Source of the DNA: an uncultured Clostridia bacterium
GTDB lineage: Bacteria > Bacillota > Clostridia > Lachnospirales > CAG-274
Assembly: GCA_947632235.1 (NCBI GenBank)
Contig: CANROO010000001.1
Span: forward strand, 1-46,691
Length of the DNA stretch: 46,691 nt
Direction of reading: 5' to 3'
Both the position numbers and the translations under genes were made by a program. Positions 35,535 through 46,533 of the stretch are shown piece after piece; the first letter of the stretch is position 1, and every line of letters begins with the position of its first letter. The notes beneath the pieces are model-generated. The model was not told the DNA's origin. It saw nothing but the letters and a program-made list of their open reading frames with translations, and did not search any database.

Positions 35535-36917
35535 TTATTTCAGCAGATGCTCCACTTCTACATTATAATTGCCCGTGAAGCAGGCATCGCAGAATCCGCA
35601 GCTGCTGTTCGGCGCTATCTTATGCAGATTTTCAATGCTGAGATAGTCAAGGCTGTCGGCATTTATTATCTTTGCCGTTTCCTCTATTGTGTGGCTGTTG
35701 GCTATGAGCTGATCCCTGTCGGGTATGTCGGTGCCGAAGAAGCAGGGCCATGTGAAGGGCGGAGCGGAAACTCTCACATGCACTTCCTTTGCGCCTGCAT
35801 CTCTTAAAAGGCTGACTATTCTCTCGCTCGTTGTGCCTCTTACTATGCTGTCGTCCACCATTATGACTCTCTTGCCCTTAACCGCGCTCTTAAGCACATT
35901 GAGCTTAAGCTTTACGGCTATCTCTCTGTCGGACTGAGTGGGCTTTATGAATGTACGGGCAATGTATTTGTTCTTTATAAAGCCCGTGTCTATGGGTATA
36001 CCGCTTTCCTCGGAATATCCCTGAGCCGCGGAAAGTCCCGAATCGGGCACGCCTATGACTATATCCGCCTCCACGGGCGACTGCTTTGCAAGGAAGGCGC
36101 CTGCCCTCTTTCGGCACTCGTGTACCACCTCGCCTGCTATGGAGCTGTCGGGGCGCGCAAAGTAAATGTGCTCGAATATGCAAAGGCTGGTCTTCTGCCG
36201 TCCGCAGAGCTCCGTGTCGCTTCGCATCTCGCCGTCCTCTATGGTTATTATCTCGCCGGGAGTGACATCTCTTACAAATTCCGCATCTATTGCGTCAAAG
36301 GCGCAGGTCTCGCTTGAAAAAATTATGGCGTTGTCCCTTTTGCCCAGCGAAAGCGGTCTGAAGCCCCAGGGGTCTCTTGCCGCCACCATTTTGTTGGGGC
36401 TCATGACTATGAGCGAAAAAGCGCCCTTAAGAAGCTTCATGGCGTTCTTGACAGCCTTTTCTATGGAGCCCGAGTTTATCCTCTCCCTTGCTATGAGATA
36501 GGCTATTATCTCCGTGTCTGCCGTAGTCTGGAATATAGCGCCGTTTCTTTCGAGCTTGGAGCGTATCTCCGCGGCGTTTGTAATGTTGCCGTTGTGGCTT
36601 ATGGCAAGCTGTCCCTTGACATATCTCAGCACAAGGGGCTGAACATTCTCTCTGAGAGAACCGCCTGCCGTGGAGTATCTCACATGACCTATTGCCATCC
36701 TGCCCTTGAGCTTTTCGAGCTTTTCTTCATCGAAGACCTCGTTCACAAGCCCCTGATCCTTATAGTGATATATATCTCTGTCCCTGTTTACGGCTATTCC
36801 GCAGCCCTCCTGTCCTCTGTGCTGCAAAGCCACAAGTCCGTAATATGTCGTAACCGCGGGATTGCCTTCGGGATCGTAAATGCCGAACACACCGCATTCC
36901 TCATGAAGTTTAGCCAT
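35535..36917 (-). CDS. purF: Amidophosphoribosyltransferase
   Basis: MAKLHEECGVFGI (Ntn Cys), the PRPP motif VIMVDDSIVRGTT, and C-terminal Cys ligands. Confidence 0.95.
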   Translation of the reverse strand: MAKLHEECGVFGIYDPEGNPAVTTYYGLVALQHRGQEGCGIAVNRDRDIYHYKDQGLVNEVFDEEKLEKLKGRMAIGHVRYSTAGGSLRENVQPLVLRYVKGQLAISHNGNITNAAEIRSKLERNGAIFQTTADTEIIAYLIARERINSGSIEKAVKNAMKLLKGAFSLIVMSPNKMVAARDPWGFRPLSLGKRDNAIIFSSETCAFDAIDAEFVRDVTPGEIITIEDGEMRSDTELCGRQKTSLCIFEHIYFARPDSSIAGEVVHECRKRAGAFLAKQSPVEADIVIGVPDSGLSAAQGYSEESGIPIDTGFIKNKYIARTFIKPTQSDREIAVKLKLNVLKSAVKGKRVIMVDDSIVRGTTSERIVSLLRDAGAKEVHVRVSAPPFTWPCFFGTDIPDRDQLIANSHTIEETAKIINADSLDYLSIENLHKIAPNSSCGFCDACFTGNYNVEVEHLLK

Positions 36918-36940
36918 TTTTCATACCTCCGAATGAGCTT

Positions 36941-37660
36941 TTACCTTCCGTAGTATTCCGTCAGTCTGCCCCATACCTCTCTGTATACATCGCCGAACTC
37001 TCCCAGATCCAGCCTGAACCTATCCTTGTCAAGCTTCTTGTTGGTCTCTGCGTCCCACAGACGGCAGGTGTCGGGGCTTATCTCATCGGCAAGCACTATC
37101 TCGCCGTCGGCTGTTCTGCCCAGCTCTATCTTGAAGTCCACTAGCTTTATGCCTATGTTCATAAATATCTTTTTAAGTCCCTCGTTCACCTTGAAGGCTA
37201 TGTCGGATATAGTGTCTATGTCCTCTCTTGTTACCACGCCGAGGGCTATAGCCTGATAGTCGTTTATGAGGGGATCGCCGAGCTCATCGTTTTTGTAGCT
37301 GAATTCAAGAGTGGGCGAAACGAAGGGCGTGCCCTCCTCCACTCCGTATCTCTTTGAGAAGGAGCCTGCCGCGATATTCCTTACTATCACTTCAAGGGGT
37401 ATTATGTCCACCTTTTTCACAAGGGTCTCCCTTGGGGATAATTCCTCTACAAGGTGGGTCTTTATGCCCTCCTTTTCAAGGAGCCTGAAAATAAAGTTTG
37501 CCATTTGGTTGTTTATTATGCCCTTGCCGTCAAAGGAGCCCTTTTTAAGTCCGTTGAAGGCTGTGGCATCGTCCTTGTATTCAAATATGCAAAGCGCGGG
37601 ATCCTCCGTGGAGAACACCTTTTTTGCCTTGCCGACATAGAGTAGATCAAGCTTTTCCAT
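36941..37660 (-). CDS. purC: Phosphoribosylaminoimidazole-succinocarboxamide synthase
   Basis: Start at MEKLDLLYVGKAKKVF, with IPLEVIVRNIAAGS and LADEISPDTCRLWD. The ORF extension to 37729 is not supported. Confidence 0.9.
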   Translation of the reverse strand: MEKLDLLYVGKAKKVFSTEDPALCIFEYKDDATAFNGLKKGSFDGKGIINNQMANFIFRLLEKEGIKTHLVEELSPRETLVKKVDIIPLEVIVRNIAAGSFSKRYGVEEGTPFVSPTLEFSYKNDELGDPLINDYQAIALGVVTREDIDTISDIAFKVNEGLKKIFMNIGIKLVDFKIELGRTADGEIVLADEISPDTCRLWDAETNKKLDKDRFRLDLGEFGDVYREVWGRLTEYYGR

Positions 37661-37731
37661 TTTTATTACCTCGCTGTATGTATTTTTGTTGATAAAAGGG
37701 AGGATGTCCTCCGCAATATTTATACACATAT

Positions 37732-37760
37732 ACTATAACAGATTTCTGTATAAATATCAA
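37732..37760 (-). promoter_or_regulatory. Putative promoter of purC-F-B-A
   Basis: Minus strand TTGATA (37755-37760), 17-nt spacer, TATAGT (37732-37737). Confidence 0.4.
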
Positions 37761-37822
37761 TTGTATTTTTGTAATAAAGTTGTTAATTTTATGGGGCGCG
37801 CGGTATTGCCGGAGCTTACGGC

Positions 37823-37853
37823 AAAAAAACCGCCTTGACATATGCCAAGGCGG
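37823..37853 (-). terminator. Intrinsic terminator after the dockerin gene
   Basis: Minus strand CCGCCTTG-gcatatgt-CAAGGCGG followed by TTTTTTT. Confidence 0.7.
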
Positions 37854-37931
37854 TCAGCCTGCAAAGCGCACATACCTGCAAATGAAGGTTATAGAAGTGC
37901 GCACTTCATATATACAGATCACTCTGTGAGC

Positions 37932-39057
37932 TTATATACTTGCATTCATAGCTATCCTGAGTATCGCTTCTGCGTCATCAACGGTCACGGAGCCGTCCCC
38001 CGTAACATCTGCGGCGCTTTCTGTAAACTCGGCATCGCCCGGATTCTCATCCGCGGTATATCTGAGCGTCAGAACAGCGTCTACGACAGTCACTTCCCCG
38101 TCACCGTTCACATCGCCGGGCTCTCCGTCATACCATAGTGTATATCCGTCCAGATAGTCCATACGGACGCGCTTGAACAGTTCATATTGATTAGGGCAGA
38201 GTATCTCCAATGCTCTCGCCCAGTCCTTATTGGTATAGGCGGAAAAATAAAATCTGCAGAATTCGGCAAAGCTTTCGTGATTATTTTCATCGGCATAATT
38301 GGAAACCGAAAGAAACCTGCCTGTAAATATCATCAATTTTTGCACGGGGCGTTGATTTGGGGGTATTGCCCTCGGCATAATCTCCGCTTTGTTCAAATAC
38401 ATCTCCCGCTACGCTTTCATAGACGCGCTCCAAACGCTTACGCTGAAGCTCGGAAAGTCTTTCATAGCCGGGATTTACGGAAAGACGGTACAACGGACTT
38501 TCATCATATAAGGGTACAAATGTGAAAATCACTTTTTTATCACTTGATACGGCTATTAATTTATCATCATCGGAAACACCCATATAGAGGTCATTATTTA
38601 AGCTTTTTAAGCAGTATTTGTCATCTCCGCCGGCTTTTTCCAATATCCAGTGCTGAGTGTCGTCATTCAGTCCTGCATAGCTGTCGGGATTCGGATTCAG
38701 ATATTTTCTGATATTATAGAGCGTTGCAGGGAGCTCCTCGTTTACCTCTGCGGCGGCTATTCTTTTCTCTGTCGAACGGTTTTCAAAGGCATAGCTTCCG
38801 TCTCCCATATCTCTCGGCAGGAATTGAGCACTCTGTTCGGAAACGGGCGTATCCGACAGAAGGAAACTGCCGCCGTACTGACAAACGACCCTTTCACCCA
38901 CGCATATTTGCTGATAAATTCCCGAAAAACCTGTATAGGCATACTGATTTTGCCCTGTATACTGTGTATCGGCAAGGGCGTTTGCTCCAAAGGACATGCT
39001 CAGCGCAATTATTAAAAAAATCGCCGTGATTCTTATTTTTTTACAGCTTATTGCCAT
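37932..39057 (-). pseudogene. Secreted dockerin-bearing protein split by a frameshift (N-terminal ORF 38287-39057, C-terminal ORF 37932-38402)
   Basis: The N-terminal ORF has a signal peptide and a possible ricin-type QxW (TQHWILE). The C-terminal ORF, in another frame and overlapping by 116 nt, ends in two dockerin Ca-loops, DVNGDGEVTVVDAVLTLRY and DVTGDGSVTVDDAEAILRI. The C-terminal ORF has no convincing RBS. Confidence 0.55.
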
Positions 39058-39256
39058 TGGATATCACCCCCGCTGTCCGTCTGACATATACAACGATTCT
39101 ATATATAATGCTAACAGATTTTGACTGCTTCGTCAAGCGGTATACTTCACGAAAACACATTTATATAATTGGGTAAGATATTAACATATATTGACGAAAG
39201 AGTTTTTTTTGTGTTATAATTAAAGCATTAAATACTATTCAAAGGAGGACATTACA

Positions 39257-40480
39257 ATGAAAAAATTAACTGCAGTACTTATAGCCTCGGCTCTTGCGTT
39301 TTCGGCGCTTTTGTGCGCTCCCGCATATGCGGATGACGCAGTGAGCGTAGAGGTGAACGGCGAAAAGATAGACTTCACGGGCGATCAGGCTCCCGTTATA
39401 GTTGAGGGCAGGACGCTTGTGCCCTTCCGCGCAGTGTTTGAAAAAATGGGCGCGGAGGTAAAGTGGTTCGAGGATATTAAGCTCTGCGAGGCAAGCCTGG
39501 GAGGCATAGTGTGCGACATAGAGATAGGCTCAAAAACAGTAGCTATAGGCGACCTTTCTACTGTTGAAAGCGATGTGCCCGCGCAGATAATAAACGGCAG
39601 GACAATGGTTCCCTTGAGGGTGCTCTCCGAGGTGCTCGGCGCAGATGTGGAGTGGGATCCTGCCGACAAAAGGGTGAGCATAACTCCGCCCACGGTATAT
39701 GACAACGAAGTTCCCGAGGAGCTCGACATAACATTTGCCGACGCTTCCGCAGAAAACAGTGAAAACAGTGTTTCCGTAAGCTATTCTTATCCCGTTATAT
39801 CGGACAAGGTGCCCTTTACGGCGCGCGAAAAGCTCAACAAGCTCATGAAGTCGGACGCAGAGCAGGCAGCCCTTTCACTTGCCGAGGCATCGAGTGAAAA
39901 TGACGCCATGACATGCGAGACCTCCTGCGAGGCAGGCATACTCACAGTTAAATACACGGCTTCAAGCGGAGCATTGGAGGACGAAATAAACTATGCAGTC
40001 ATATTCGGCGCGCATATTGACAGCGACAAGCTGGAACAATACAATAAGACGGGCAAGGCGCTTGAAGAAGCGGAGGCTAAGTCCGTGCATAATTATACAA
40101 TAAAGGAATACGGCGAGAACAAGACCGCTAAGGACGGCACGCCTTATATAAATATGATCGTGCAGTATCCCGAGTTTGAGGGCGAACAGAACGCCGATAT
40201 AAACAAGAAGCTTGAGGAGGACGCAAAGCAGGCAGGCAGGGATTTTATAGAAAAATACAGCGCCGATGCCGAGAAATACTACAACGATCCGCCTCAGAAG
40301 CTCTTTGAGGTGCCCTATATATACACCTGCTTATGCGATGTGAGCTTTGAGGGCGACATTGCGACCGTTACAAACACCTACAGCGAAACACGCTATGAAA
40401 ACGGCGCAGAGGCTCCCACGGAGGAAAGCAAAACAGAGACCTTCAAGGTGGATGTTGCAATGGGAAAGATAATAAAGTAA
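39257..40480 (+). CDS. Secreted copper-amine-oxidase-N-terminal-domain (stalk) protein with a DUF3298/DUF4163-like C-terminal region
   Basis: Signal peptide ending AYADD. Two halves, EGRTLVPFRAVFEKMGAEVKW and NGRTMVPLRVLSEVLGADVEWDPADKRVSI. The C-terminal assignment is tentative. Confidence 0.65.
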   Translation: MKKLTAVLIASALAFSALLCAPAYADDAVSVEVNGEKIDFTGDQAPVIVEGRTLVPFRAVFEKMGAEVKWFEDIKLCEASLGGIVCDIEIGSKTVAIGDLSTVESDVPAQIINGRTMVPLRVLSEVLGADVEWDPADKRVSITPPTVYDNEVPEELDITFADASAENSENSVSVSYSYPVISDKVPFTAREKLNKLMKSDAEQAALSLAEASSENDAMTCETSCEAGILTVKYTASSGALEDEINYAVIFGAHIDSDKLEQYNKTGKALEEAEAKSVHNYTIKEYGENKTAKDGTPYINMIVQYPEFEGEQNADINKKLEEDAKQAGRDFIEKYSADAEKYYNDPPQKLFEVPYIYTCLCDVSFEGDIATVTNTYSETRYENGAEAPTEESKTETFKVDVAMGKIIK

Positions 40481-40614
40481 TAAAAAATAAATAAGCTTTA
40501 CACAAAGTTTTATTTTATAACACCTTTATAATGTGAATAGATGTTGACAACGGGGCATTTTAAATTTAAAATTAGAGTAAGACTGCATTTAAAGGCGTTA
40601 AAGAGGTAATTTAT

Positions 40615-42705
40615 ATGGATAAGTACACTTATATAGAAAGAATATTGCTTCTGGCAAAGATGAACTTCACCTATGTTAATATAGACGCTGTTTTTTCGGA
40701 TGAGAGCGAGAACTACAGACGGCCTGTTTCTCCTGCCTCGGGCGAGAAATTTTCCATAAGGATAAGGACCGCAAAGGACAACATAGATACCGTCAGGCTC
40801 TGCTATAACGGCGAAAAGCACACCATGCGCGTTGCTGAGAGCGATGAACGGTTCGACTACTACAGCTATACCCTGACCTGCGGCGGCGAAAGGGCGGAGT
40901 ATTTCTTTGAGCTTAAAAACAAGGAAAGAGTGTACTACTACAACAAGCAGGGCTTTGTAAAAAACCTCAACCCCGACTTCAACTTTGTTGTTATACCCGA
41001 TTTCAAGACGCCCGACTGGGCAAAGGGCGCCGTTATGTATCAGATATATGTGGACCGTTTTTATAACGGCGACAAGACAAACGATGTAGTCGACAACGAA
41101 TACGCCTATCTCGGAGTGACCGCAAAGTCGGTCAAGGACTGGGACGCGCCCGTTGAAAATCTGGATGTCTGCAATTTCTACGGCGGAGATCTCAAGGGCG
41201 TTATGGACAAAATGGAATATCTCAGGGATCTGGGCGTAGAAGTAATATATTTCAATCCCATTTTCGTTTCGCCCAGCAACCACAAATACGACACGCAGGA
41301 CTACGACAGCGTGGATCCTCACTACGGCGTTATAATAAATGACGGCGGAAAGCCCCTTGAGGACGGCAAAAAGGACAATGCCGAAGCCAGCATGTATATG
41401 ATAAGGACTACCGACAAGGAAAACCTTGAAGCCAGCAACGCCCTTATGGCAGAGCTTATAGCCCTTGCGCACAAAAACGGCATAAGGGTGATACTGGACG
41501 GCGTTTTCAACCACTGCGGAGCCTTCAACAAGTGGCTCGACAGGGAGGGCTTTTACAAGAGAAACGGCTATCCGGACGGCGCATTCATGAGCGAAAGCAG
41601 TCCTTATCACGACTTTTTCAGCTGGCACGGCGGACACTGGCCGGGCAATGAAAACTATGACGGCTGGTGGGGCCATGCAAATCATCCCAAGCTGAACTTT
41701 GAAGGCTCCAAGGAGCTTTACGACTATATAATAGGCATAGGCAAAAAGTGGGTGTCACCGCCTTATAATGCGGACGGCTGGAGGCTTGACGTGGCTGCCG
41801 ACCTGTGTACGAGCAAGGAATACAACATGCAGTTCTGGCGCGATTTCAGAAAGGCCGTGAAGGAAGCAAATCCCGATGCCATAATACTTGCCGAGCACTA
41901 CGGCGACCCCAAGGACTGGCTCGGAGGCGACCAGTGGGACACCGTCATGAACTACGATGCCTTTATGGAGCCTATCACATGGTTTCTGACGGGCATGGAA
42001 AAGCACAGCGAGCAGTGTGCTTGGGATAAATTCAACAACTCGGCGGACTTTGAGAGCAGTATGCGCTACTTTATGTCGCGTTTCAGCTACGAGAGCCTTT
42101 CCGTAGCCATGAACGAGCTTTCAAATCACGACCATTCCAGATTCCTCACAAGGACAAACAAAAAAATGGGCAGGCTCCACACCATGGGAAGCGCAGAGGC
42201 TGACACGGGCATAAACAAGGACATAATGCGCGAGGCTATCACCTTCCAGATGACATGGATAGGCGCGCCCACGATATATTACGGCGATGAAGCGGGACTT
42301 ACGGGCTGGACCGATCCCGACTGCCGCCGTCCCTACCCTTGGGGCAGAGAGGACAAGGACCTCATAAAATACTATAAAAAGCTTATAGCCATTCACAAGA
42401 AATACAGGGCGCTGTCATTCGGCTCTCTGGACTATCTCTACATGGGCTACGGCATAATGTGCTACGGCAGATGGACGGACAAGGAAAAAATAATAGTTAT
42501 AATAAACAACAATGAAACATCGCAGGAGATAACCGTGCCCGCATGGCGCACGGAGGTAAAAAACGGCACCGTGTTCACAAGGATACTGCAGTCGGGCGAG
42601 GGTGACTGGGACACGCAGAAACAGCATTATTCCGTGAAGGACGGCTGTCTTAAGGTGAAGTGCAGGGCGCAGGGAAGCTGTATACTTGCGTATACTGCCG
42701 AATAA
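40615..42705 (+). CDS. GH13 alpha-amylase family enzyme (neopullulanase/cyclomaltodextrinase-like), apparently cytoplasmic
   Basis: Motifs VMYQIYVDRFYNGD, GGDLKGV, region I DGVFNHCG, region II DGWRLDVAAD, region III IILAEHYG, and NHDHSRF. No signal peptide. Confidence 0.85.
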   Translation: MDKYTYIERILLLAKMNFTYVNIDAVFSDESENYRRPVSPASGEKFSIRIRTAKDNIDTVRLCYNGEKHTMRVAESDERFDYYSYTLTCGGERAEYFFELKNKERVYYYNKQGFVKNLNPDFNFVVIPDFKTPDWAKGAVMYQIYVDRFYNGDKTNDVVDNEYAYLGVTAKSVKDWDAPVENLDVCNFYGGDLKGVMDKMEYLRDLGVEVIYFNPIFVSPSNHKYDTQDYDSVDPHYGVIINDGGKPLEDGKKDNAEASMYMIRTTDKENLEASNALMAELIALAHKNGIRVILDGVFNHCGAFNKWLDREGFYKRNGYPDGAFMSESSPYHDFFSWHGGHWPGNENYDGWWGHANHPKLNFEGSKELYDYIIGIGKKWVSPPYNADGWRLDVAADLCTSKEYNMQFWRDFRKAVKEANPDAIILAEHYGDPKDWLGGDQWDTVMNYDAFMEPITWFLTGMEKHSEQCAWDKFNNSADFESSMRYFMSRFSYESLSVAMNELSNHDHSRFLTRTNKKMGRLHTMGSAEADTGINKDIMREAITFQMTWIGAPTIYYGDEAGLTGWTDPDCRRPYPWGREDKDLIKYYKKLIAIHKKYRALSFGSLDYLYMGYGIMCYGRWTDKEKIIVIINNNETSQEITVPAWRTEVKNGTVFTRILQSGEGDWDTQKQHYSVKDGCLKVKCRAQGSCILAYTAE

Positions 42706-42722
42706 GTTAAGGAAGTGGCGCT

Positions 42723-43475
42723 ATGCGCGTTGATATCTGCCAGACAGGCATAATATGGGAAAATAAAGAGGAAAATATTTCAAGGGCAGAGGAGCTTATT
42801 GCGCAGAGCTCTGCGGACATACTGCTCTTTCCCGAAATGAGCTTTACGGGCTTTTCAATGAATACCGCGCTCACGGGCGAAAATGACAAAAGCACGGTGC
42901 GCACAATGAAGGCCCTTTCACGGAAATACGGCAGAGCTGTGGGCTTCGGCTGGGTATTGAAGGACGGCGAAATGTCGGAAAATCACTACACGGTCGTAAA
43001 CGGCGATGCGGTGCTTTCGGACTATGTAAAGATACACCCCTTCAGCTATGGAGGGGAAAATAAGTTTTTCAAGGGCGGAGATAGGCTTTCGCCCTTTGAA
43101 TTTATGGGCTTTAAATTTCTGCCTGCCATATGCTATGACCTCCGCTTCCCCGAAATATTCAGGGCTTTCGAGGCGGATATAATAATCGTGCCTGCCAACT
43201 GGCCCGGGGCAAGGCGGGAGCACTGGAGCACCCTCCTTAAGGCGCGCGCTATAGAAAACAGATGCTATGTGATAGGCATAAACTGTACCGGAAATATAGG
43301 GGGCATACGCTATGAAGGCGGCAGCACGCTCATTGACCCCGACGGAAAAATATTGGCCTCGGCAGAAAATAAAGAAGGCGCAATGACCGTAGAATTGAAA
43401 AACGATGTAAAAAAATATAGAGAAAAATTCCCCGTACTGAGGGATAAGAGAAGGGATGTGTATGTAAGTCTATAG
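42723..43475 (+). CDS. Carbon-nitrogen hydrolase (nitrilase superfamily, omega-amidase/YafV-like)
   Basis: Motifs LLFPEMSFTGF (Glu), KIHPF (Lys) and AICYDLRFPE (Cys). Confidence 0.8.
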   Translation: MRVDICQTGIIWENKEENISRAEELIAQSSADILLFPEMSFTGFSMNTALTGENDKSTVRTMKALSRKYGRAVGFGWVLKDGEMSENHYTVVNGDAVLSDYVKIHPFSYGGENKFFKGGDRLSPFEFMGFKFLPAICYDLRFPEIFRAFEADIIIVPANWPGARREHWSTLLKARAIENRCYVIGINCTGNIGGIRYEGGSTLIDPDGKILASAENKEGAMTVELKNDVKKYREKFPVLRDKRRDVYVSL

Positions 43476-43693
43476 CATTTTGACCGCATGTGAAGACAGG
43501 GTGGATTTTGAATAGCAAAACGGATGAAATTTCGGTTACTGCAGATTTTGCCGTAACTCAAAACGAAGGCAATGACGGAATATAGACTTTAGATAAAAAA
43601 GCGCTTACATGTGTATGTGCTTTTTTTGAGCAGAAATTTGATATACTTGTGTGAAAAGGGCGAAGGAAGTAAAAAGCTGTTATCAACGCATCC

Positions 43694-43724
43694 CCCTCGG
43701 TCAACTCTTCGAGCTGACCGAGGG
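43694..43724. terminator. Hairpin abutting the uxuA stop, usable from either direction
   Basis: 10-bp stem ccctcggtca / tgaccgaggg with a T5 run on the plus strand. Confidence 0.45.
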
Positions 43725-43728
43725 CTTT

Positions 43729-44811
43729 TTAGGCTCGCTCCTGCTTTCCCTTTTCCATTGCCTCCCACAGGCCGTTTATATACATTATACCCAGAGCGCG
43801 GTCATACAGTCCGTAGCCGGGTCTTGCCTTTTCGCCCCATATCATTCTGCCGTGGTCGGGGCGTATATATATATCTGGGCAGGTATCGAATATCGCCCGC
43901 ACTATTTCATACATATCCAGGTCGCCGTCGCTTGAAAGGTGCGAAGCCTCCCTGAACTTCTTATTGCCGAGGTATTTAATATTGCGCACATGGGCGCAGG
44001 CGATCCTGCCTTTTTTGCCGAAGTGCCGTATTATGCCGGGAATATCGTTATCGGGCGAGGAGCCGAGAGAGCCCGAACAGAGGCAGAGGCAGTTAGAAGG
44101 CGAATCCACCATATCCGTTATTATATCGAAGTCCTCCTTGGAATGAGCTATCCTCGGCAGGCCGAAAAGAGGCCATGCAGGGTCATCGGGATGCACTGCC
44201 ATTTTTACGCCTGCCTCCTCGCAGGCGGGTATTATTTTTTCCAGAAAATATTTATAATTGGCTCTCAGATCGTCCTCGGTTATGCCCTTGTAAATTTCAA
44301 GCGTCTTTTCAAGCTCGGAAAGCCTGTCCGCCTCCCAGCCCGGCAGAGGAAAGCCCTTGCTGCCCTCGAGTGTGCTCTCCACTATGTCGCGCGGCGTCAT
44401 GCCCTTCAGCTTTTCATCGTCATAGCAGAGAGCGGTTGAGCCGTCCCCCACCTCGCCCGCAAGGTCTGTCCTGAGCCAGTCGAAAACGGGCATAAAGTTA
44501 TAGACTACCACCTTCACGCCGTTTTCAGCCAGATTTTTTACAGTGGTTATATAGTTTTCTATATATTTATCCCTTGACGGCAGACCCATTTTGATGTCCT
44601 CATGCACATTCACGCTCTCTATCACCTCTACTTCAAGACCGTAGGAATGCACATGCTTCACATATTTTTCTATTTCGTCCTTCTGCCATACCTCACCCGC
44701 AGGGTATTGGTCCAGAACGCCCATTATGCCCGAACAGCCCGGTATCTGCCTTATGTCGCTGAGCGAAACGCTGTCATTGCCCTCACCGTACCATCTGAAT
44801 GTCATTTTCAT
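43729..44811 (-). CDS. uxuA: Mannonate dehydratase
   Basis: Collinear by eye with E. coli UxuA: [35 protein letters not shown] and RPDHG. Confidence 0.9.
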   Translation of the reverse strand: MKMTFRWYGEGNDSVSLSDIRQIPGCSGIMGVLDQYPAGEVWQKDEIEKYVKHVHSYGLEVEVIESVNVHEDIKMGLPSRDKYIENYITTVKNLAENGVKVVVYNFMPVFDWLRTDLAGEVGDGSTALCYDDEKLKGMTPRDIVESTLEGSKGFPLPGWEADRLSELEKTLEIYKGITEDDLRANYKYFLEKIIPACEEAGVKMAVHPDDPAWPLFGLPRIAHSKEDFDIITDMVDSPSNCLCLCSGSLGSSPDNDIPGIIRHFGKKGRIACAHVRNIKYLGNKKFREASHLSSDGDLDMYEIVRAIFDTCPDIYIRPDHGRMIWGEKARPGYGLYDRALGIMYINGLWEAMEKGKQERA

Positions 44812-44836
44812 TGTTATCAGTCCTTTCGTGTAAATA

Positions 44837-44865
44837 AAAAAGCTATCCCTTAAGGATAGCTTTTC
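44837..44865 (-). terminator. Intrinsic terminator of argH
   Basis: Minus strand AAAGCTATCC-ttaag-GGATAGCTTT followed by TTTATTT. Confidence 0.65.
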
Positions 44866-44879
44866 CCAAAAACACGCTT

Positions 44880-46259
44880 TTAATCAAGCTCTGCCAAATA
44901 TTTTTTATTAAGCTCCACAAGGCCCTTTATATACTCCTCTGACGGTCCGCCTGCAACCATTCTCGAATTGACGCAGGTATCCAGATCTATCGCCTTATAT
45001 ATATCCTCCGTGAAAACATCGCTCACGGCCTTGTATTCCTCAAGAGTGAGCTCGTCAAGCTCCTTTTCATGCTCTATGCAGTAGAGCACGAGCCTGCCTA
45101 TGACGGCATGGGCGTCTCTGAAGGGCACGCCCTGCTTCACGAGCCAGTCCGCAGCATCGGTGGCGTTCATGAAGCCCTTTCTTGCCGCACGGCGCATATT
45201 GTCCTTGTTTATAGTCATGGTGTCTATCATGCGTGTGAAAACGGGCAGGCACATCTTCACGGTGTCAACGGCGTCAAAAACGCCCTCCTTGTCCTCCTGC
45301 ATATCCTTGTTGTACGCAAGGGGGATGCCCTTCATTACGGTGAGCATAGCCATGAGATGACCGTAAACTCTGCCCGTCTTGCCCCTTATGAGCTCTGCCA
45401 TGTCGGGGTTCTTTTTCTGGGGCATAATGGAGCTTCCCGTGGAATAAGCGTCATCCATCTCCACAAATTTGTACTGCTGTGAGTTCCATATTATTATTTC
45501 CTCGCAGAAGCGCGAAAGGTGCATCATTATCATAGAAAGAGCACTCAGAAGCTCTATAACGAAGTCTCTGTCGCTCACGCCGTCCATGGAGTCGAGAGTT
45601 ATGCTCTCAAAGCCCAGAGCCCCGCGCACAAATTCCCTGTCGAGGGGATAGGTGGTGGCAGCAAGAGCGCCCGAGCCCAGAGGCATTACATTTGTCCTCC
45701 TGTAAGTGTCACTCAGCCTTGCGTAGTCGCGCTTGAACATCTCCGCATAAGCCAGAACATGGTGCGCAAGCGTAACGGGCTGAGCGTTCTGCAGGTGGGT
45801 ATAGCCGGGCATAACGGTGGAAGTATTCCTCTCGGCAATGCTGTTTATTACCGTTATAAGCTCCTTCAAAAGCGCCTTTATGTCAATTATCTGCTGTTTG
45901 AGATACATCCTTATATCAAGAGCCACCTGGTCGTTCCTGCTCCTGCCGGTGTGCAGTCTTTTGCCCGTGTCGCCTATCCTTGAAATGAGCAGAGTTTCTA
46001 CATTCATATGTATGTCCTCAGCCTTTTCGTCAAAGCTCACATTGCCCTTTTCTATGTCCTCAAGTATTTCCTTGAGCGTCTTTATAATAAGCTCTGCGTC
46101 CTCCTTGGGAATTATGCCCTGCCTGCCGAGCATTTCGGCGTGCGCGCAGCTGCCGAGTATGTCCTCCCTGTACATTCTGCTGTCGAATGATATGGAGCTG
46201 TGGAAGTGGTCCGTAAAGCTGTCAGTCGATTTTGTGAAGCGTCCGCCCCAGAGTTTCAT
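44880..46259 (-). CDS. argH: Argininosuccinate lyase
   Basis: Motifs [18 protein letters not shown] and [12 protein letters not shown]. Confidence 0.95.
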   Translation of the reverse strand: MKLWGGRFTKSTDSFTDHFHSSISFDSRMYREDILGSCAHAEMLGRQGIIPKEDAELIIKTLKEILEDIEKGNVSFDEKAEDIHMNVETLLISRIGDTGKRLHTGRSRNDQVALDIRMYLKQQIIDIKALLKELITVINSIAERNTSTVMPGYTHLQNAQPVTLAHHVLAYAEMFKRDYARLSDTYRRTNVMPLGSGALAATTYPLDREFVRGALGFESITLDSMDGVSDRDFVIELLSALSMIMMHLSRFCEEIIIWNSQQYKFVEMDDAYSTGSSIMPQKKNPDMAELIRGKTGRVYGHLMAMLTVMKGIPLAYNKDMQEDKEGVFDAVDTVKMCLPVFTRMIDTMTINKDNMRRAARKGFMNATDAADWLVKQGVPFRDAHAVIGRLVLYCIEHEKELDELTLEEYKAVSDVFTEDIYKAIDLDTCVNSRMVAGGPSEEYIKGLVELNKKYLAELD

Positions 46260-46453
46260 AGCGTGTTCTCTCCTTTTGCCGTATTTCGTATTTATTGTAT
46301 AATAACATATTTGGGCGGAAATGTAAATAGCCGGGCGGAGATAAAGTTATTTTGTAAGATATGAAAATGTGTTTTATATCCCCCAACCGAAAACAGATCT
46401 ATACCCCTGCCCGAAGGGAGAATGTGTTATCAACAATTTTTTACTCCTAATTA

Positions 46454-46482
46454 TTGACAACGATTTGCAATAGGTTTAAAAT
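46454..46482 (+). promoter_or_regulatory. Putative promoter of fhs
   Basis: TTGACA (46454-46459), 17-nt spacer, TAAAAT (46477-46482). Confidence 0.45.
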
Positions 46483-46533
46483 AATGTTTAGGAAAATCAC
46501 CTATGAATATATAAATTTCGGGAGGGAAACAAT

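Noticed and set aside
37661-37840. Possible purine riboswitch or PurR box upstream of purC
   Set aside because: I did not recognise the conserved purine-riboswitch loop/junction motifs in this leader. Only a plausible promoter and a short GGAGGA-CATC-CTCC hairpin are present.
40510-41685. 391-aa ORF on the minus strand
   Set aside because: It is antisense to the well-supported GH13 gene, with a Val/Ala/Ile-rich low-complexity translation typical of a shadow frame and no RBS.
43476-43693. About 220-bp gap after the nitrilase-family gene, considered as a possible small RNA or small ORF
   Set aside because: It contains only weak, imperfect stems (for example acat-gtgt-atgt before a T-run) and no SD-led ORF or recognisable RNA motif. 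The evidence is insufficient.
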